Shown here piece by piece: positions 14,040-27,984 of a stretch of 64,000 nucleotides of DNA. Source of the DNA: Octopus sinensis. Taxonomy: Eukaryota. Each line of letters begins with the position of its first letter. The first letter of the stretch is position 1. A program made the translations under genes and the position numbers. A model generated the notes under the pieces. It worked only from the letters and a program-made list of their open reading frames with translations, made no database searches and had not been told where the DNA came from. The DNA lies in NCBI RefSeq assembly GCF_006345805.1, contig NC_043003.1:45384001-45448000 (forward strand). Reading direction: 5' to 3'.

Positions 14040-15040
14040 AATTGCTACGATGACCACCCTTGCTAGCTATGCAGATGACACAAAAGTCTCCCACGCAATA
14101 CAAAACCTGAAAATATTGCGCATCTGCAACATGAGCTGGACACAATATACAGGTGGGCTGAGGACAACAACATGCAGTTTTATGCAGGTAAGTTCCAGGC
14201 CCTGCGCTACTGGCACACAAAGTAAATGACGTGAAGACTGGATACACTGGCCCAGGAAGAATTGCAATCCCTGAGTCAAAATCAGTGCGTGACCTGGGCA
14301 TTGACATGAGCAATGATGCATCTTTCCAAATGCATATTGCTAATCTGGTGAAAAATGCAGACGGCTAGCTGGATGGATTCTCCGAACTTTCAGAACAAGA
14401 GAGAAGGAGACACTGATGGTCCTATGGAAAACATTTGTCCTCAGCCGCTTGGACTACTGCTCCCAACTTTGGTCACCACACAATATAAAACAAACAGCAG
14501 AACTCGAAGCAACTCAGAGAAGCTACACAAAGAAAATCGTCTCAATGCAAAATGTCAGCTACTGGGAAAGACTGAAGGTATTAAACTCTTCTCCCTGGAG
14601 CGGAGGCGGGAGAGATATGCAGTGATATACATCTGGAAAATCCTGGAGGGTCTTGTCCCGAACTTTGGCATTCAAAGTTACCCAACCGCAGAACGGGGCG
14701 CCGCTGTGTGGTGGTGCCAAGGATTCCAACATCACCATCAAAATACAGGTCCAGATACTGCAACAGCTTGGGTTTCAGAGGACCACAGCTCTTAACATCC
14801 TCCTAAATGCCTGAGAGACTTACATGGTGTGGATGTGGGTTCTTTAAAACTAAACTGGATCTCTTCTTGTTGGGAGTCCCAGATGAACCTACCTCACGAC
14901 AGAGACAAGGATGCGGGCAGCAGCATCGAACTCCCTTGTTGATCAAGTGCCACGTTATCAGAGGTGGATTCACAAACTAGTGGCTCATTCAGCGGTGGTG
15001 CCCCAGCATGGCCGCGGCCTTCGGGCTAAAACATTTTTTT
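14040..15040 (+). mobile_element. 5'-truncated CR1-group LINE (RT C-terminal part and 3' end), frameshifted
   Basis: Encodes YADDTKV, VRDLGIDMS, LSRLDYCSQLWSP, YWERLKVL..SLERRRERYAVIYIWKIL. Ends ggtggtgccccagcatggccgc. Confidence 0.9.
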
Positions 15041-15365
15041 TAAGGATATATATATATATATGTAGACATGTAGATTGTATTTATATATGTAGATATATAT
15101 GTATGTATTTATATATATGTGTGAATTTATATGTGTATATGTATGTATATATGTATGTATATATATGCATTTATGTATATGTACGTATATCTCTGAGTAT
15201 ATACATATGTATATATATATACATGTATGCATATGTCTTTTTGAATTCATATATATATATGTATTATGCATGTGTATATGCATGTATATATATACACATA
15301 TGTATATGCATGTGTATATGCATGTATATATATATGTATATATAAACAATAAATGTATATAGATA

Positions 15366-15415
<50 letters not shown>

Positions 15416-18400
15416 GTGTGTGTGTGTGTATGTATGTATATGTGTGTGTGTGTTTGTGTACCTGTATTTATGTTAATTATGTATATCTCTGTATATAAAA
15501 CCATCTATCAATTTTTTTATATTGATTATTTATATTATTTCACTGTTTATCTTCATATGCATCGTTTGTCAAAAATGTTAGTATTCTATAACATTTTGCT
15601 TTGTTTCTCTTTTTGTGTTTTTTTTTCCTTGGGTGGGCTGCAGTGTGATGGGGTCGATCAACTAATATTCATTTTTAATGATACGGTATTTATGGGTTGG
15701 CATTCTCCTTCGAAACTTTAGTTAGCATTGCCTATATTTTACCGATGCTTTCTCCAAACATCTCCTACATCATCGTTTTCTCTATTGTTTATTTGTTTGG
15801 TTGTTTATTATACGAACAAACAATTCAGAAATTATAGTATTTTACTGTAAGCCACTTTACCCCGGCATTGTTAATTTACTCATTTAGTTCTAGGCTAAAT
15901 CGATTTAAATCCGTGTGGAATACACCAATTCTATCTAAATTGGTTTACGCTTTGCTAGCCTTTTATGTTTCATATAAAATCATCGTCCAATTTGTTGTAC
16001 TACTTTATTTGTTGGTTTTTTAATTATATACATATAATTTTTATTTGATTTCATATCATAAAAAGGTATACAATAACGTCGTTCGTTACAGGTTATAAGA
16101 GAGCAAATCATTATTTCACATTGGCTACAAAGAGAATATTCTACAGTAAAAGTTTCGTGGCAGAACAAATATGTCCAAGGACTTCTTACATATACCATAT
16201 TTTCTTTTTCCGTATTCGTAACGGCTTCATTCGCCATTGCATACCAGCAAAGGACAAGCGCACTTTTGTGTGTGTGTGAGTGTGTTTGTATATGTGTGTG
16301 TGAGTGTGTTTGTGTATGTGTGTGTGTGTGTGTGTATATGTGTGTGTATGTGTGTGTTTGTGTGTGTGTTGTGTGTGTGTTATGTATTATGACAGTGTAC
16401 TTAGCGATACAGCTAAAAACTCGATACATATAAATGTTACTTACACGAGCATGCCCCGCAAGTTACTTCAGCAGCTGGCGAACGAAATATCTAAGTTCAG
16501 AATCCTTTATACATACATACATACATACATACATACATACATACATACATACATACATGTTCTGCCCTTACCTTCGAAACACGCATTGAGTCGAAACAGG
16601 AGCTGCTGATGAAGGGGGATATTTCTTGTATTGTTTGTCTTGTATTCTGTTTATTCGTTGTTAAAAAAGTCCGTTTCCTTGTTTGATTTTATGTTTTCGT
16701 TTCTCGTTATGTTCTACGTTTATTTGTGGTGTCCTGTACTCATATATGCATGTATATATACATATAGATGTACGTATGTACATATATGTATGTATGTATG
16801 CATATGTTTTATTTATTAAATTGTTATTATATGATTGAACGCCACGCGTTGTTTTCTTCTTCTTCTCCAAGTAAGTTTTTATTTACATACATACATACAT
16901 TGCATTTCTCTCTACATCGTGTATACGGTGTAGGGAGAAATGGGAATCGAGTGCACAACCACTCGTGTCCATCGGCTGAATTCAAAGAACATGAAACTAA
17001 GATACACTTGTAGCTTGAAAGGGGCATTGGTCCGGAAGTCAACAGAATTTGTCATAACATTTGTGTACAGTAATCACTCAGCTATCACAGGTGTTATGTT
17101 CCACAACGCACCGCGGTTGGTGAAAATCCGCGAAGTAGAAACAGTACTGTACCGCATATTTTATTATTATCATTTTCATAATTTGTATATATTTATCTTG
17201 TCATAAATGCAAAAACAACACCACTGAAGATTCGACGTAAGCTTAACTAATAAAACCGCGATAGGTGAACCGCGATACGGTATCGCAAATTATATATCTT
17301 GAGCGCAAAATAATGCTTGAGGAATGCATAGACATTTAATCATAATAGCCTGTGTCGATTATAAGGGAATGAAGGGAACGAAGATCAACCAGGCTGACGG
17401 TGTAATATAGTTACGTGTAGCTAATACACGGTAGTTTAGTGTATTTTTTAAAAATCTGAAATCGTTTACATAGAATAACATCAATTTTATATAGCTCATA
17501 AATATTTTCGCTAATGCGTGTGTTATATCTTATAAAATGCTATCGCTATTTGTTGTGATGTCTTGGGTGTTAATATGTTGTATCGAATTTTAAATGTGTA
17601 TGGTTTATTATTAATGATGTCAAGGAACAAAATGTTGTCCTATTGAGGGAAAGTGGAATTTTCTTACATTTCTAGAGAGTATTTTTTATACAAAAACAAA
17701 TGGTTAAAGTTACTTGATTCTTAGTCAAGTTCAATATTGTGAGTAGACTTTTAGGAAATTAGATTTATGATACTTAAAGGTGATATATGACTCCCATTGT
17801 GATTCGTTGAAATCAACTATACTTAAGTTAATTGCTGTCTGCCTTGCTTCTAAGTTAATGACAACTAATATCATTATGGCTTATGTGTGTGTATGCGCGT
17901 GTGTGTGTGTTGTGTGTGTGTGTGTGTGTCAATGGCACTATTAAATAAAAGTGTGAGCATATACACCGTAAAAAGTTTAACTGTGGGCTGATGAAACGAA
18001 ATTGATAGATTTTTTTTCAATATTTATTCATTTGTTTGTCTTTTACGTATTGAATATTGTTTGAATATGTGTGTGTTAATTAAATGGTTTAAAAAGTTTC
18101 AATGAGTTTTTTTTTTTACTGCTTCTAATAATTTATCATGGCTGGGGGAGGACCCTTAATCTATCAAACGGACCCCGGCCGTGCTGTAGCTTTAATTTTC
18201 ATTATTCTCTGCATGTATTTGCAATGTAAGAATATCTAGTGTCTATATAAATATACTTTCTATACTATCGTGCTAGAATTCACCAACGTGTGTTTAATAA
18301 TATACGCACTAACACACAGACGCACAAACCCACACAAATACTTTCATCCACTGAATCAAACACACACAATAACTAAAAATAAGAGTCAAAGTAACTCAAT

Positions 18401-18716
18401 AACTACAGAAGCAACATCTTAATGACTGACAAAGGAAACAAACTCCCTAGCGGACATAACGAGACCACCGATGATATCAAATTCTGATACTAAAGTATCT
18501 TGATTCTCATCAGTGGCTCTTACCGTGCCAAGGATTAAACTTAACTCACCTTGTAGGCTCATAAGCAATCTGTTGAACTCATACGCCGATTTAAAAAATT
18601 GGTAAAAGTGAAAACAGCAATTGCCCAGTAATCTCTGTCACTCTAGTGACGTGTATGAATTTGCCTTTAGGCTGTTAAATTGCTAATACGTAAGCTACCC
18701 ATGTTAATTGTGTGTG

Positions 18717-18771
<55 letters not shown>

Positions 18772-18780
18772 ATATATATA

Positions 18781-18804
<24 letters not shown>

Positions 18805-18820
<16 letters not shown>

Positions 18821-19330
18821 TAAGAGAGTGGTCACTATGTGGCTCACTCTAGCACTAGAAATAGATCCAATAGGTTTCAACCACAAAATAAATGTTTCCC
18901 ATGAAGTCAGCACGATTGTTAGCTCAAACGAACAGGGCAAATAAAAATAACAAAAATACAGATTATTTTGGCTGTTGATAAGGGCATTTGAATTATAACG
19001 GCGGATATAATCGATTAAACCACACGTGTATTTATCGTTACGGTAAAATCTGGCGTGTGATTGAGTAGATTGTGTCCAGATAGTTTTGGCTGAGGAGCTA
19101 CAAGTGAATTTTGTGTGAGTAAAATTACATTTAATTCAGTAATAGCGAAACAATTTTTTAGACCAAAATAATCTGTATTTTTGTTATTTTTATTTGCCCT
19201 GTTCGTTTGAGCTAACAATCGTGCTGACTTTCATGGGAAACATTTATTTTGTGGTTGAAACCTATTGGATCTATTTCTAGTGCTAGAGTGAGCCACATAG
19301 TGACCACTCTCTTATATTTATTTATGTATA
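18805..19330. mobile_element. Fold-back element beside (TA)n; about 167-bp inverted arms with a hammerhead-like spacer
   Basis: Arms 18805-18971 and 19163-19330 are reverse complements differing by about one substitution and one 1-nt indel (gaagtc vs gaaagtc). Confidence 0.75.
19083..19169 (+). ncRNA. Type I hammerhead-like motif with extended stem II, degenerate at the cleavage triplet
   Basis: GUUUUGG-CUGAGGA-GCUA...(UGAAUU/AAUUCA)...UAGC-GAAA-C aauuuuuua G A-CCAAAAU. The core, stem I and stem II are intact. U16.1 is missing (GA where GUA is expected). Confidence 0.5.
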
Positions 19331-19450
19331 AAATATTATAAAATATTATAAAATATTATAATAATCCAGGTTTCTCTGTGCACTGGGCCACTTGGTGTTG
19401 AATCGGGATACTATTAAATTAGTATCTAATTCTCTCAACCTTATTATTAA

Positions 19451-19494
<44 letters not shown>

Positions 19495-19584
19495 ATCTAT
19501 ATATCTATCTATATATCTACATATCTATATATCTACATATCTATCTATCTATTTGTATATATATATATATACATATATATATAT

Positions 19585-19740
19585 AGTTGTGTCGTAATAA
19601 GTTGTTTGACCTACAAGGTTTCGGGTTCCACAGCGTGACAACAAATTTCGTAGATGTTATTTACAATACCTCCGGGTCAACCGAAAGTATGTGAATAGAT
19701 TTCGTTGCCGGAAACCGAGAGAAGACTGCCGTGCGCGCGC
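19585..19740 (+). mobile_element. SINE family C head fragment, diverged
   Basis: ggtttcgggttcc...ccgggtcaaccgaaag...gccggaaaccgagagaag. Confidence 0.55.
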
Positions 19741-19928
19741 ACGTAGTTGTCTGTTTGTCTTCATCCGCAGCGTCATAAAAGGTATTGGTTTGTTTGTCTG
19801 CGAGTAACCTATTACTTTCTCAAAGGAGTACGACTAGAATACATACCAGAATTTAAAAATATAAATTTCTAAGTAGAGTGATCTTGGACTACAACTTTTT
19901 GAGATGCTGCCTCAGTATTACTGCAGAA

Positions 19929-19969
<41 letters not shown>

Positions 19970-20005
19970 TATGCGTGTGTACGTGTGTGTATGTATACAT
20001 ATACG

Positions 20006-20039
<34 letters not shown>

Positions 20040-20224
20040 ATATATATATACTATACTTACACACACACAAACATATGTGTGTGTGCGTGTGTGTGTGTTT
20101 GCTAATAGTAAGGCATTAGTTCAAATATCTATCGGTTTGCACTCAGGTAGTCAAAAAGGCTATTATACATTTAATAGATAAATCAACAAATATTTTCTTA
20201 TAGTTAAGAATCTAGAGATATATT

Positions 20225-20412
20225 CAGTTATTGGTTCAGTCATTTGATCGCAGCCAAGCTGGGGCACCGCCTTGAAGGGTTTTAGTCGAAGAAATTGAAC
20301 CCTAGGAATTTTTAAAGCCTGGTGTTTATTCTATCTTTCTCTTAAGTTGCCGCTAAGTTACGAGGACGTAAATACATCAACACCGACTGTCAAGCACGGG
20401 CACAAAAACGCA

Positions 20413-20485
<73 letters not shown>

Positions 20486-20590
20486 ATGGGCTTCTTCCAG
20501 TTTCCGTTGCCAGATACATTCAACAAGATTTTGGTTGGCCAGTAGCTTAAGTAGAAGTCATTTGTGCAAGGAATCGTGCAGTGGCATCAG
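20225..20590 (-). mobile_element. Composite SINE family C/B, diverged
   Basis: cagtcatttgatcgcagccaagctggggcaccgcc...ccgctaagttacgaggacgtaaa...(TA)n...ccagtttccgttgccaga. Confidence 0.75.
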
Positions 20591-21399
20591 GTTGAATAAG
20601 TAAGGCAGACATCTACACTTTTATAACTTGCCGTGCAAGATAAAATCACAATGCATTGAATTTGTTTTTCTTGCGAGGGAACATTTAACAATTGTCTGTG
20701 TGCAATCAGGAACAATTGAATGAGATAAACAAATTAACTTTACGAATCAGGAACTGATCAACAGCAGTTGTCCTACCTCTAGCCTAATCTAGTTTTTTTT
20801 TTATTTGCATTTTTTTCTCCTTCTAGACCTAACCTGTTCCAGAGGGTTTGAATCAATGATATTCAAGCTGCCTATTTTATCCTGTATTTTATATTCAGAC
20901 TGGACTATATCACCTAACGTGTCCTGCACTTCATTTCAAAGATAATTTACACGTGAGAGAATTTTGTTTTTGATGTTGGTTATGGTATAACTAAGTGAAT
21001 ACTTAGTGACCCCTGCCTACCTATCATGCCTGTGAAGTGGTAAAGAAATGATGGAGGTGTGATCATTGTGTCCAACACAGAAATATCCTTTTAATAGCCA
21101 TGATATCACTGAGAGTTTCGTGGTGAGAATAAAGCTGTTGCTGATAATAATAACAAATTTGGCATGAATGTTCATTGTAGCACAATCCTTATTATTGTTG
21201 TTTTTGTTATTGTTTTCTTTTTTTTTTTGTTCATTTCATCTTGTTGGCGTTATCGCTGCTATATTGCTACCATCCTCATTTGAAAGAATTTGTTTCGTTT
21301 CTTCTGTTATCACTATTATTTATTTTCAACTGCACTCAGTAGCCTTGGATTTCACGACCGCACCGTATTCTGAACAATGCCACCTCCAACAGCTCAGTA

Positions 21400-23400
21400 T
21401 ACCAACCACGCCACCACCTTTTTTTTTTTTTTTTCTTTGAATGCCACCACACTACTTCCTACCTATCACCGCATTTAATGAATATCAGGATTACATCTCA
21501 TTTCCGCAATCCCCATCGCACCTTCACCATCGCTATCTTTGCTTGCACCCTCAATAAAAACCTTCGCAAACATGACAAAGGATGTACCACCAGAACTATG
21601 CAACCTCCATCATTCTACAACCACCGCCACCACTACAGACACAACAGACACCATCCTCTTTCCATTCCTTTTTCACTTTATCATCATCATCGTCGTCGTC
21701 GTCGTCGTCATCACCATCATTTCCTTTATAACTATCGTCATCATCACAATTGCCATCGTCCCCACCACCACTTCCAAGACGGAAGTCTCCTCTCATCGCC
21801 GCTATCTTCACTGTATTATAAACATTGCCGTTAACACCTTTACTACTACCGATACAGTTGCTGCGACCGCTACTACTACTACTAATAATAATAATAATAA
21901 CACCACATACTCAACTATCAGGACCAACACTATCACCAATACATTTATTACCATCAGCAGCGCCACCAACGGCACGAACTAGGTTACCAACACCTACACC
22001 ACTACGCGTACGACCCTTGTGGCTAATAAAGGAAAGATTATTATAACCCACCATCATTGCTACTACTACTGCTGCTGCTATTACTACTAGTAGTGGTAGT
22101 AATACTAGTACTACCACCACCACCACTACTACTATCTACTACTACTACTACTACTACTACCACTACTACTGCTTCTTCTCCTGCTGCTAGTTCTACTTCT
22201 AACTTCAGTAAACTTAATTACATATCACCTTCAGTTCAGTTATCACTACTACTACCACCAATACCGCCTGCACCACCACCACTAATTCCAGTATTTCTGC
22301 TATAAAAACATGCCACTGTTTCAGTAACCACTCCCACGCCATTACCAATAACCCATTTACAACTACCACTACAAACACGACCACCCACACCACCATCACT
22401 GCCACAACCTCAACCACAACACTACGATGCTCTCGCCACTACTACCATACTGCCACCACTACTATCAGCATCACTACCGCTACTAAGACATCCATCACTA
22501 TTGGCCACTAACACCACCAATACTAGAGTCACTGCTCTCAACAAGACTGCCAACTAAACACCCGCCACGTCAGCCACCCCCCGTCACAACCACCACTATC
22601 ACCACAACTAGCATTATCACTACCATAGCTACCACAACAACAGCCACTACCATCATCGCTACAGCTGTTACTACCACCATAACCACCACCAACTCTACCA
22701 CTAACTACTACCACAATCACCAACACCACCATAGCTATCACCATCACTATCACCACTACCACAACCACCATTATCACTACCAGCAGCACCATAGCCAACG
22801 TCATCACTACCCCAACACCACAGTCACCACCATCACTACCATAGCTATTACTACCACTACAACCACCACTGTTTCTACCACTAACATCACAAACCACCAC
22901 CATCACTATAGCCACTACCATCACTGCCACCACCACCATAGCCACCACCATCACTACCACCAAAACCATAGCCAGCATCTTCACCTAAGCCATTACCATC
23001 ATCACCACAGCTATTACTACCACAACAACCACCACTGTTTCTACCATTAACACCACAACCTCCACCACCGCTACCACCATCACTATAGCCACCATCATCA
23101 CTACGACCACTATCACAGCCACTACCGTTACTACCACCAATACCTAAAGCACCACCATCACCACCACAGCTACTAACACCACCAAAACCACCACAGTCAT
23201 TACCACCAACACCATAGCCACCACCACAACCATCACTATCACCACTACCACAACTAACACCATCACTACCGCCACCACCACCACCACCACCAAGACGTCC
23301 GCCACCGCAACTGTTCCCATTAACTTCACTAATACCACCACCACCAGTACAGTACCACTACCCACACCACCACCACTGACACCACAACTAACTCTTCCAC
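21400..23400. repeat. About 2-kb trinucleotide low-complexity tract (CAC/TAC/CAT/AAC)
   Basis: Continuous acc/act/atc-based sequence with recurring sub-blocks such as atagctattactaccac and accaccactgtttctacca. Confidence 0.9.
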
Positions 23401-23974
23401 CAATATCACATAAAACAATCTAACAAATGTCCTTTCTCTACGGTTTAGTGTCTATATCAAGATTACAACAGCAAAGCACCCACCACCACCCACCATCAAA
23501 TATCACGGCTCACTTCACACAGACTATCCTATCGGCCTTATTGAATCATACGAACAAAAGAAACGAAAAACTCCTAAATTCAATCAGTCATTGCAATTAT
23601 TTTTCTTTTTAATTTTATATGTAACATTTTTTTTTTTTTTTTTCTTCTGTCACTGTATTGTCGTTCCACTGCATCGCTGTACCTTATCATTCCCTTTCGT
23701 TCAAGACTGAAAACTGACACGATTTTTCAAACGTGTCCCTGATGATAGGAAAAAAAATACTGGTGCCCAAGACATGTACAGCACTAAACAACTTAAATAT
23801 CCCAACCACATCTACTTCTCTCTTTCTTTCTCCTTCCCTCCCTTCTCCCTCCCTCTCTCTCTCTCTTCCTCTTTCTCTCTCTTTTGTCATTTACATCCCT
23901 TTAAGTCTATGTTTGTGCGTATGATAAAACTATAAATATATTCCCCGCATGTCCGCATAAACACGAACACATGA

Positions 23975-24350
23975 CTGACTGTGTGGTAAGAAGTTTATTC
24001 CTCAACCACATGGTTCCGGGTTCTGTCTCACTGCGTAGCACTTTCGGTAAATGTCTTCCACTACAACCACGGGCCGATCAAATTCTTGTGACTGGATTTA
24101 GTAGACGGAAACTGAAAGAAGGCCGTCGTATATACACGTGTATGTATTCCTATGTCTTTTTGTCCAATTCCACCGCTTAACGACTAGTGTTGGTATGTTT
24201 ACGTATACGTACTTAGCGATTCAACATAAGAGCCAGAAATAATAAGTACTAAGCTTAAAGGCAGTATTGTTGTCGATTCGTTCGACCAAAATAGATCTCT
24301 TCAAGGCGGTGCACCAGCACGGTTACAGTCAATTATTTGTAACAAGTAAA
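23975..24350 (+). mobile_element. Composite SINE family C/B, diverged
   Basis: ctgtgtggtaagaag...ggttccgggttc...gacggaaactgaaagaag...aaggcggtgcaccagcac. Confidence 0.8.
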
Positions 24351-25124
24351 AAGAAATGGTAATATATATTTAAAGTGAGTGATTTAGAGAGAGATAAAGA
24401 AGAAAATTATTAAAAACGCAGGTGAATACATTTTAAGCACTCTATACCTATCAAACTTGGCTAACTAAATAGTCCACCAAAAGTCATTGTAATTCCACGT
24501 AGGCTGGAAAATTATTTTCCGCTGCTTGTCTAGTTTGTAAGTCCGAAATTCAAACATCGGATAAATTTACTATTAGCTCAAAGAGTATAGTAAAAACACA
24601 CAAAAGAGTTGAGGATTATTAATTCTTTAACCAGCTTAGACACATTTCGGATAGCTTGGTGAATTTCGAAATTCTGCGATGCAGTAATCATACGTATTAA
24701 GATTCTACAAAGATAAGAACTTTGACACCTATCCTTCAATATCAAAGCTATACCGCAAAGCTTGGAACACAGGGCATTTAAAGGGAGATAAATATTAGTA
24801 AAACTAACGTGATCTGATAAATTACGCTCCTAAGTAGGTTTACTGATATGCCTCCTTAACCCTATTATGGGTCAAATATTATTAGATTTACTATGTAACT
24901 CCCTTCAAATACTTTCTATTCCAAGCTTTGATAAGGATAACCTGATGTAGAATCTTAGTCTATCAAATATGAGATCGATAGATATGCATGATTACTACGG
25001 AGAACAATTTTAGAATCTTCCAATGTCAAAACGTTTGTAAGTTGATTCGATTATGTATAATTCTCTATTCTTTTGTGTCTATGTTTGTGAGTGTGTACTC
25101 TTTTACTCTTTGAATATTTTACTT

Positions 25125-25618
<494 letters not shown>

Positions 25619-27100
25619 ATATCAGTTAAATAAACTTATAACCTGGTCTGGTTTTCAGGGTTTTTTTTTTATTAAATTATATTTTAGAAAAACAATTTTA
25701 CAATGTTGAAGTGTGTTACTGTGTGAATCGGGAAGTGTGCCATTTTCCTATTTATATAGAATTTTGTTTTTTAGATATGTGTACAGTAACATAAGTGGTG
25801 TGAAGCTTTTCAAATATCGTGCCTTTAGTATGCATATTTGCTACTTCAGGGTTATGGTTTATGTTTGGTATCTATTTTAATGAAGTTTGCAACATAGTGA
25901 TTCATACCGTAACTAAAATGCATGTGGTTCATGCAGCAAACTGTACGTGATGTGTATGCGTCAGTGTTTAATAAGCGTTGAAGCTGTTATATTTGTGATG
26001 AATGAATTTCATTTTGCAATGTCCAAGAGCGAAGTTTGCCAGCGTCTTCCTCTACCAGTATTTAATTATTTGTCTCTGTGTATATATATATCATGTATGT
26101 ATGTATGTATGTAAGTAAGTACGTATGGATGTATGCGAGTATTGCATTTACATGTATGTATGAATGTATCCATATATGTGTATGTATGCATGCACAAATT
26201 TTGAGTTCTCTGCCTTGCACCAATGAAATTTTGTACGAAATTTTTTAACCTTCATTTATATATATCTATATAGTTGCTTCTCCTCTTTGTACTTCTAACT
26301 TTAAATGTGTGTGCACGCGTGCCTATATCTGTATGTAGATAAAAGTATTTTGTTTTCAACAGATATGGTGTTCGATTTCCGCTAGCGATGTTAAAACGTT
26401 TTTCGTTTTCCTGCTGCATTAGATTCATTTACATTCATTTTATATGTACACATCCGCTCACATACAGGCATACATATAAAACCGGTGTGCAGATAATGGT
26501 GATGAACGTTCATTAGTAAACCTAAAAACATTAGCACCTCGACAATAATTCTCAGCAACAAGGTAAATATCGATTTCTGACATTGGTACGATGTAGCACG
26601 TTTTTAAGGGCATGGTTATCATGCATTAACTAGAACTAAAGTATATTATTCGTAATTAACTTATCACACCACAAAGTTGAAAGTCAAAGACACCCGGGAG
26701 GATTTTGAAAATAAAAAATGTAATACTATATAAGTATTTGTAAAGTGTTGTAATGACGCTTCCATCCCTACCCCACAATATTTGAATTATGAAGAGTCAA
26801 ACTAGTGCATCGCAATTGATCTTTGTTGTAAATGCGTGATGAGCCGGCGGTGGTATATTCTATGCAACTAATGATCAATGGGATTTACTTATTTTACTGT
26901 ATTACTAAATGTTGCAAATATCTTGACAGTAACTGTTATATTTGATATGTTCAGCACTTACCCCGGGCTTACTATGCATTTCCAACACGAAACAATTAGT
27001 AATGCACTTTAAAACACGGGATAAAATAAAAATGTGATCGTAAAACATTATTATACAATATATTTGTCTTATACAGAATACCCGATAAAGTTTTAGAGGT

Positions 27101-27436
27101 TAAGAAGAGCACTCAGAGAGCGCAAACCTCCACCAAGGCAGCACCAACGTCCTCCCAACGATTAGTCAAAGAGGATTATTAAAATGAGAATATCTGAAAT
27201 AAACTCGACTGCTCTCACAGACGAGAATACTAAAAATGAACCCAACTCCTCTGAAAATTAAGTAAAAAAAAAAAAAAACAGGAAAAATAATTCCGAATCC
27301 TTGTTCGGCGCCCGATCGATCCCAAAATCTAATCGGTTTCATTCGAATCCATCCAGTGGTTCTTGAGATATCTTGTCCACGGACAAACAAACACGACAGA
27401 AAACAATACCTCCGCCTTCGCTAAAGCGGAGGTAAT
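27101..27436 (+). mobile_element. Helentron-associated (HINE/DINE-1-like) non-autonomous element
   Basis: 5' aagaagagcactcagagagcgcaaacctccaccaagg. The 3' hairpin acctccgc-cttcgctaaa-gcggaggt (27408-27433) has a right arm complementary to the 5' subterminal acctcc(a/g)c. The classification is inferred from structure. Confidence 0.55.
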
Positions 27437-27984
27437 AATGGCAGCGGTACTAATAGCGCAGTACAGTACAGAGAAAGTACGTTAGTTATTATAACACTCA
27501 CTCTGGCATACAATGAATACAGTCAAATAATCTCAACACTGTAACCATAAACACATTACCGCAGCCTCCAAGAAAATAACAATAATTAACCACGCCACCA
27601 ACCATGCTGTGTTGAAGAAATGTAAATGAAACCAGTGAAAACCGCGAGTAATTGTTCTCAGTATTATAGATTGGGGATAAAATTAAAAAAATTGTTGGTG
27701 TTGCCAAGCAACATCATCAACAACGAAAACATCTAGGAGCAATTGCATAGATGAACACATTTAGCACAGGACCTGTGGCATTCCTTGTTCGCTCGTATAT
27801 GGTATTTCCTTCTTATCGGGGTATTTTGTTCCTATGATTTTCTTGTTAATTATTAATGTTTTTAATGCTTGCATATGTTACGTCAAACTTCATTGTCCCT
27901 TGTATTGACATGTATATTTTACGGCCCTTTTCCCAATAAATTATTATCAATCTAGTACGTGTTAATTTAATCAATTTAATTAGC

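Noticed and set aside
16560-16625. cgaaac...ctgatgaagggg next to (CATA)n as a hammerhead
   Set aside because: The motif order and pairings do not give stems I-III in any topology.
17985-18010. ctgatgaaacgaaa as a hammerhead
   Set aside because: There is no stem II or stem I pairing.
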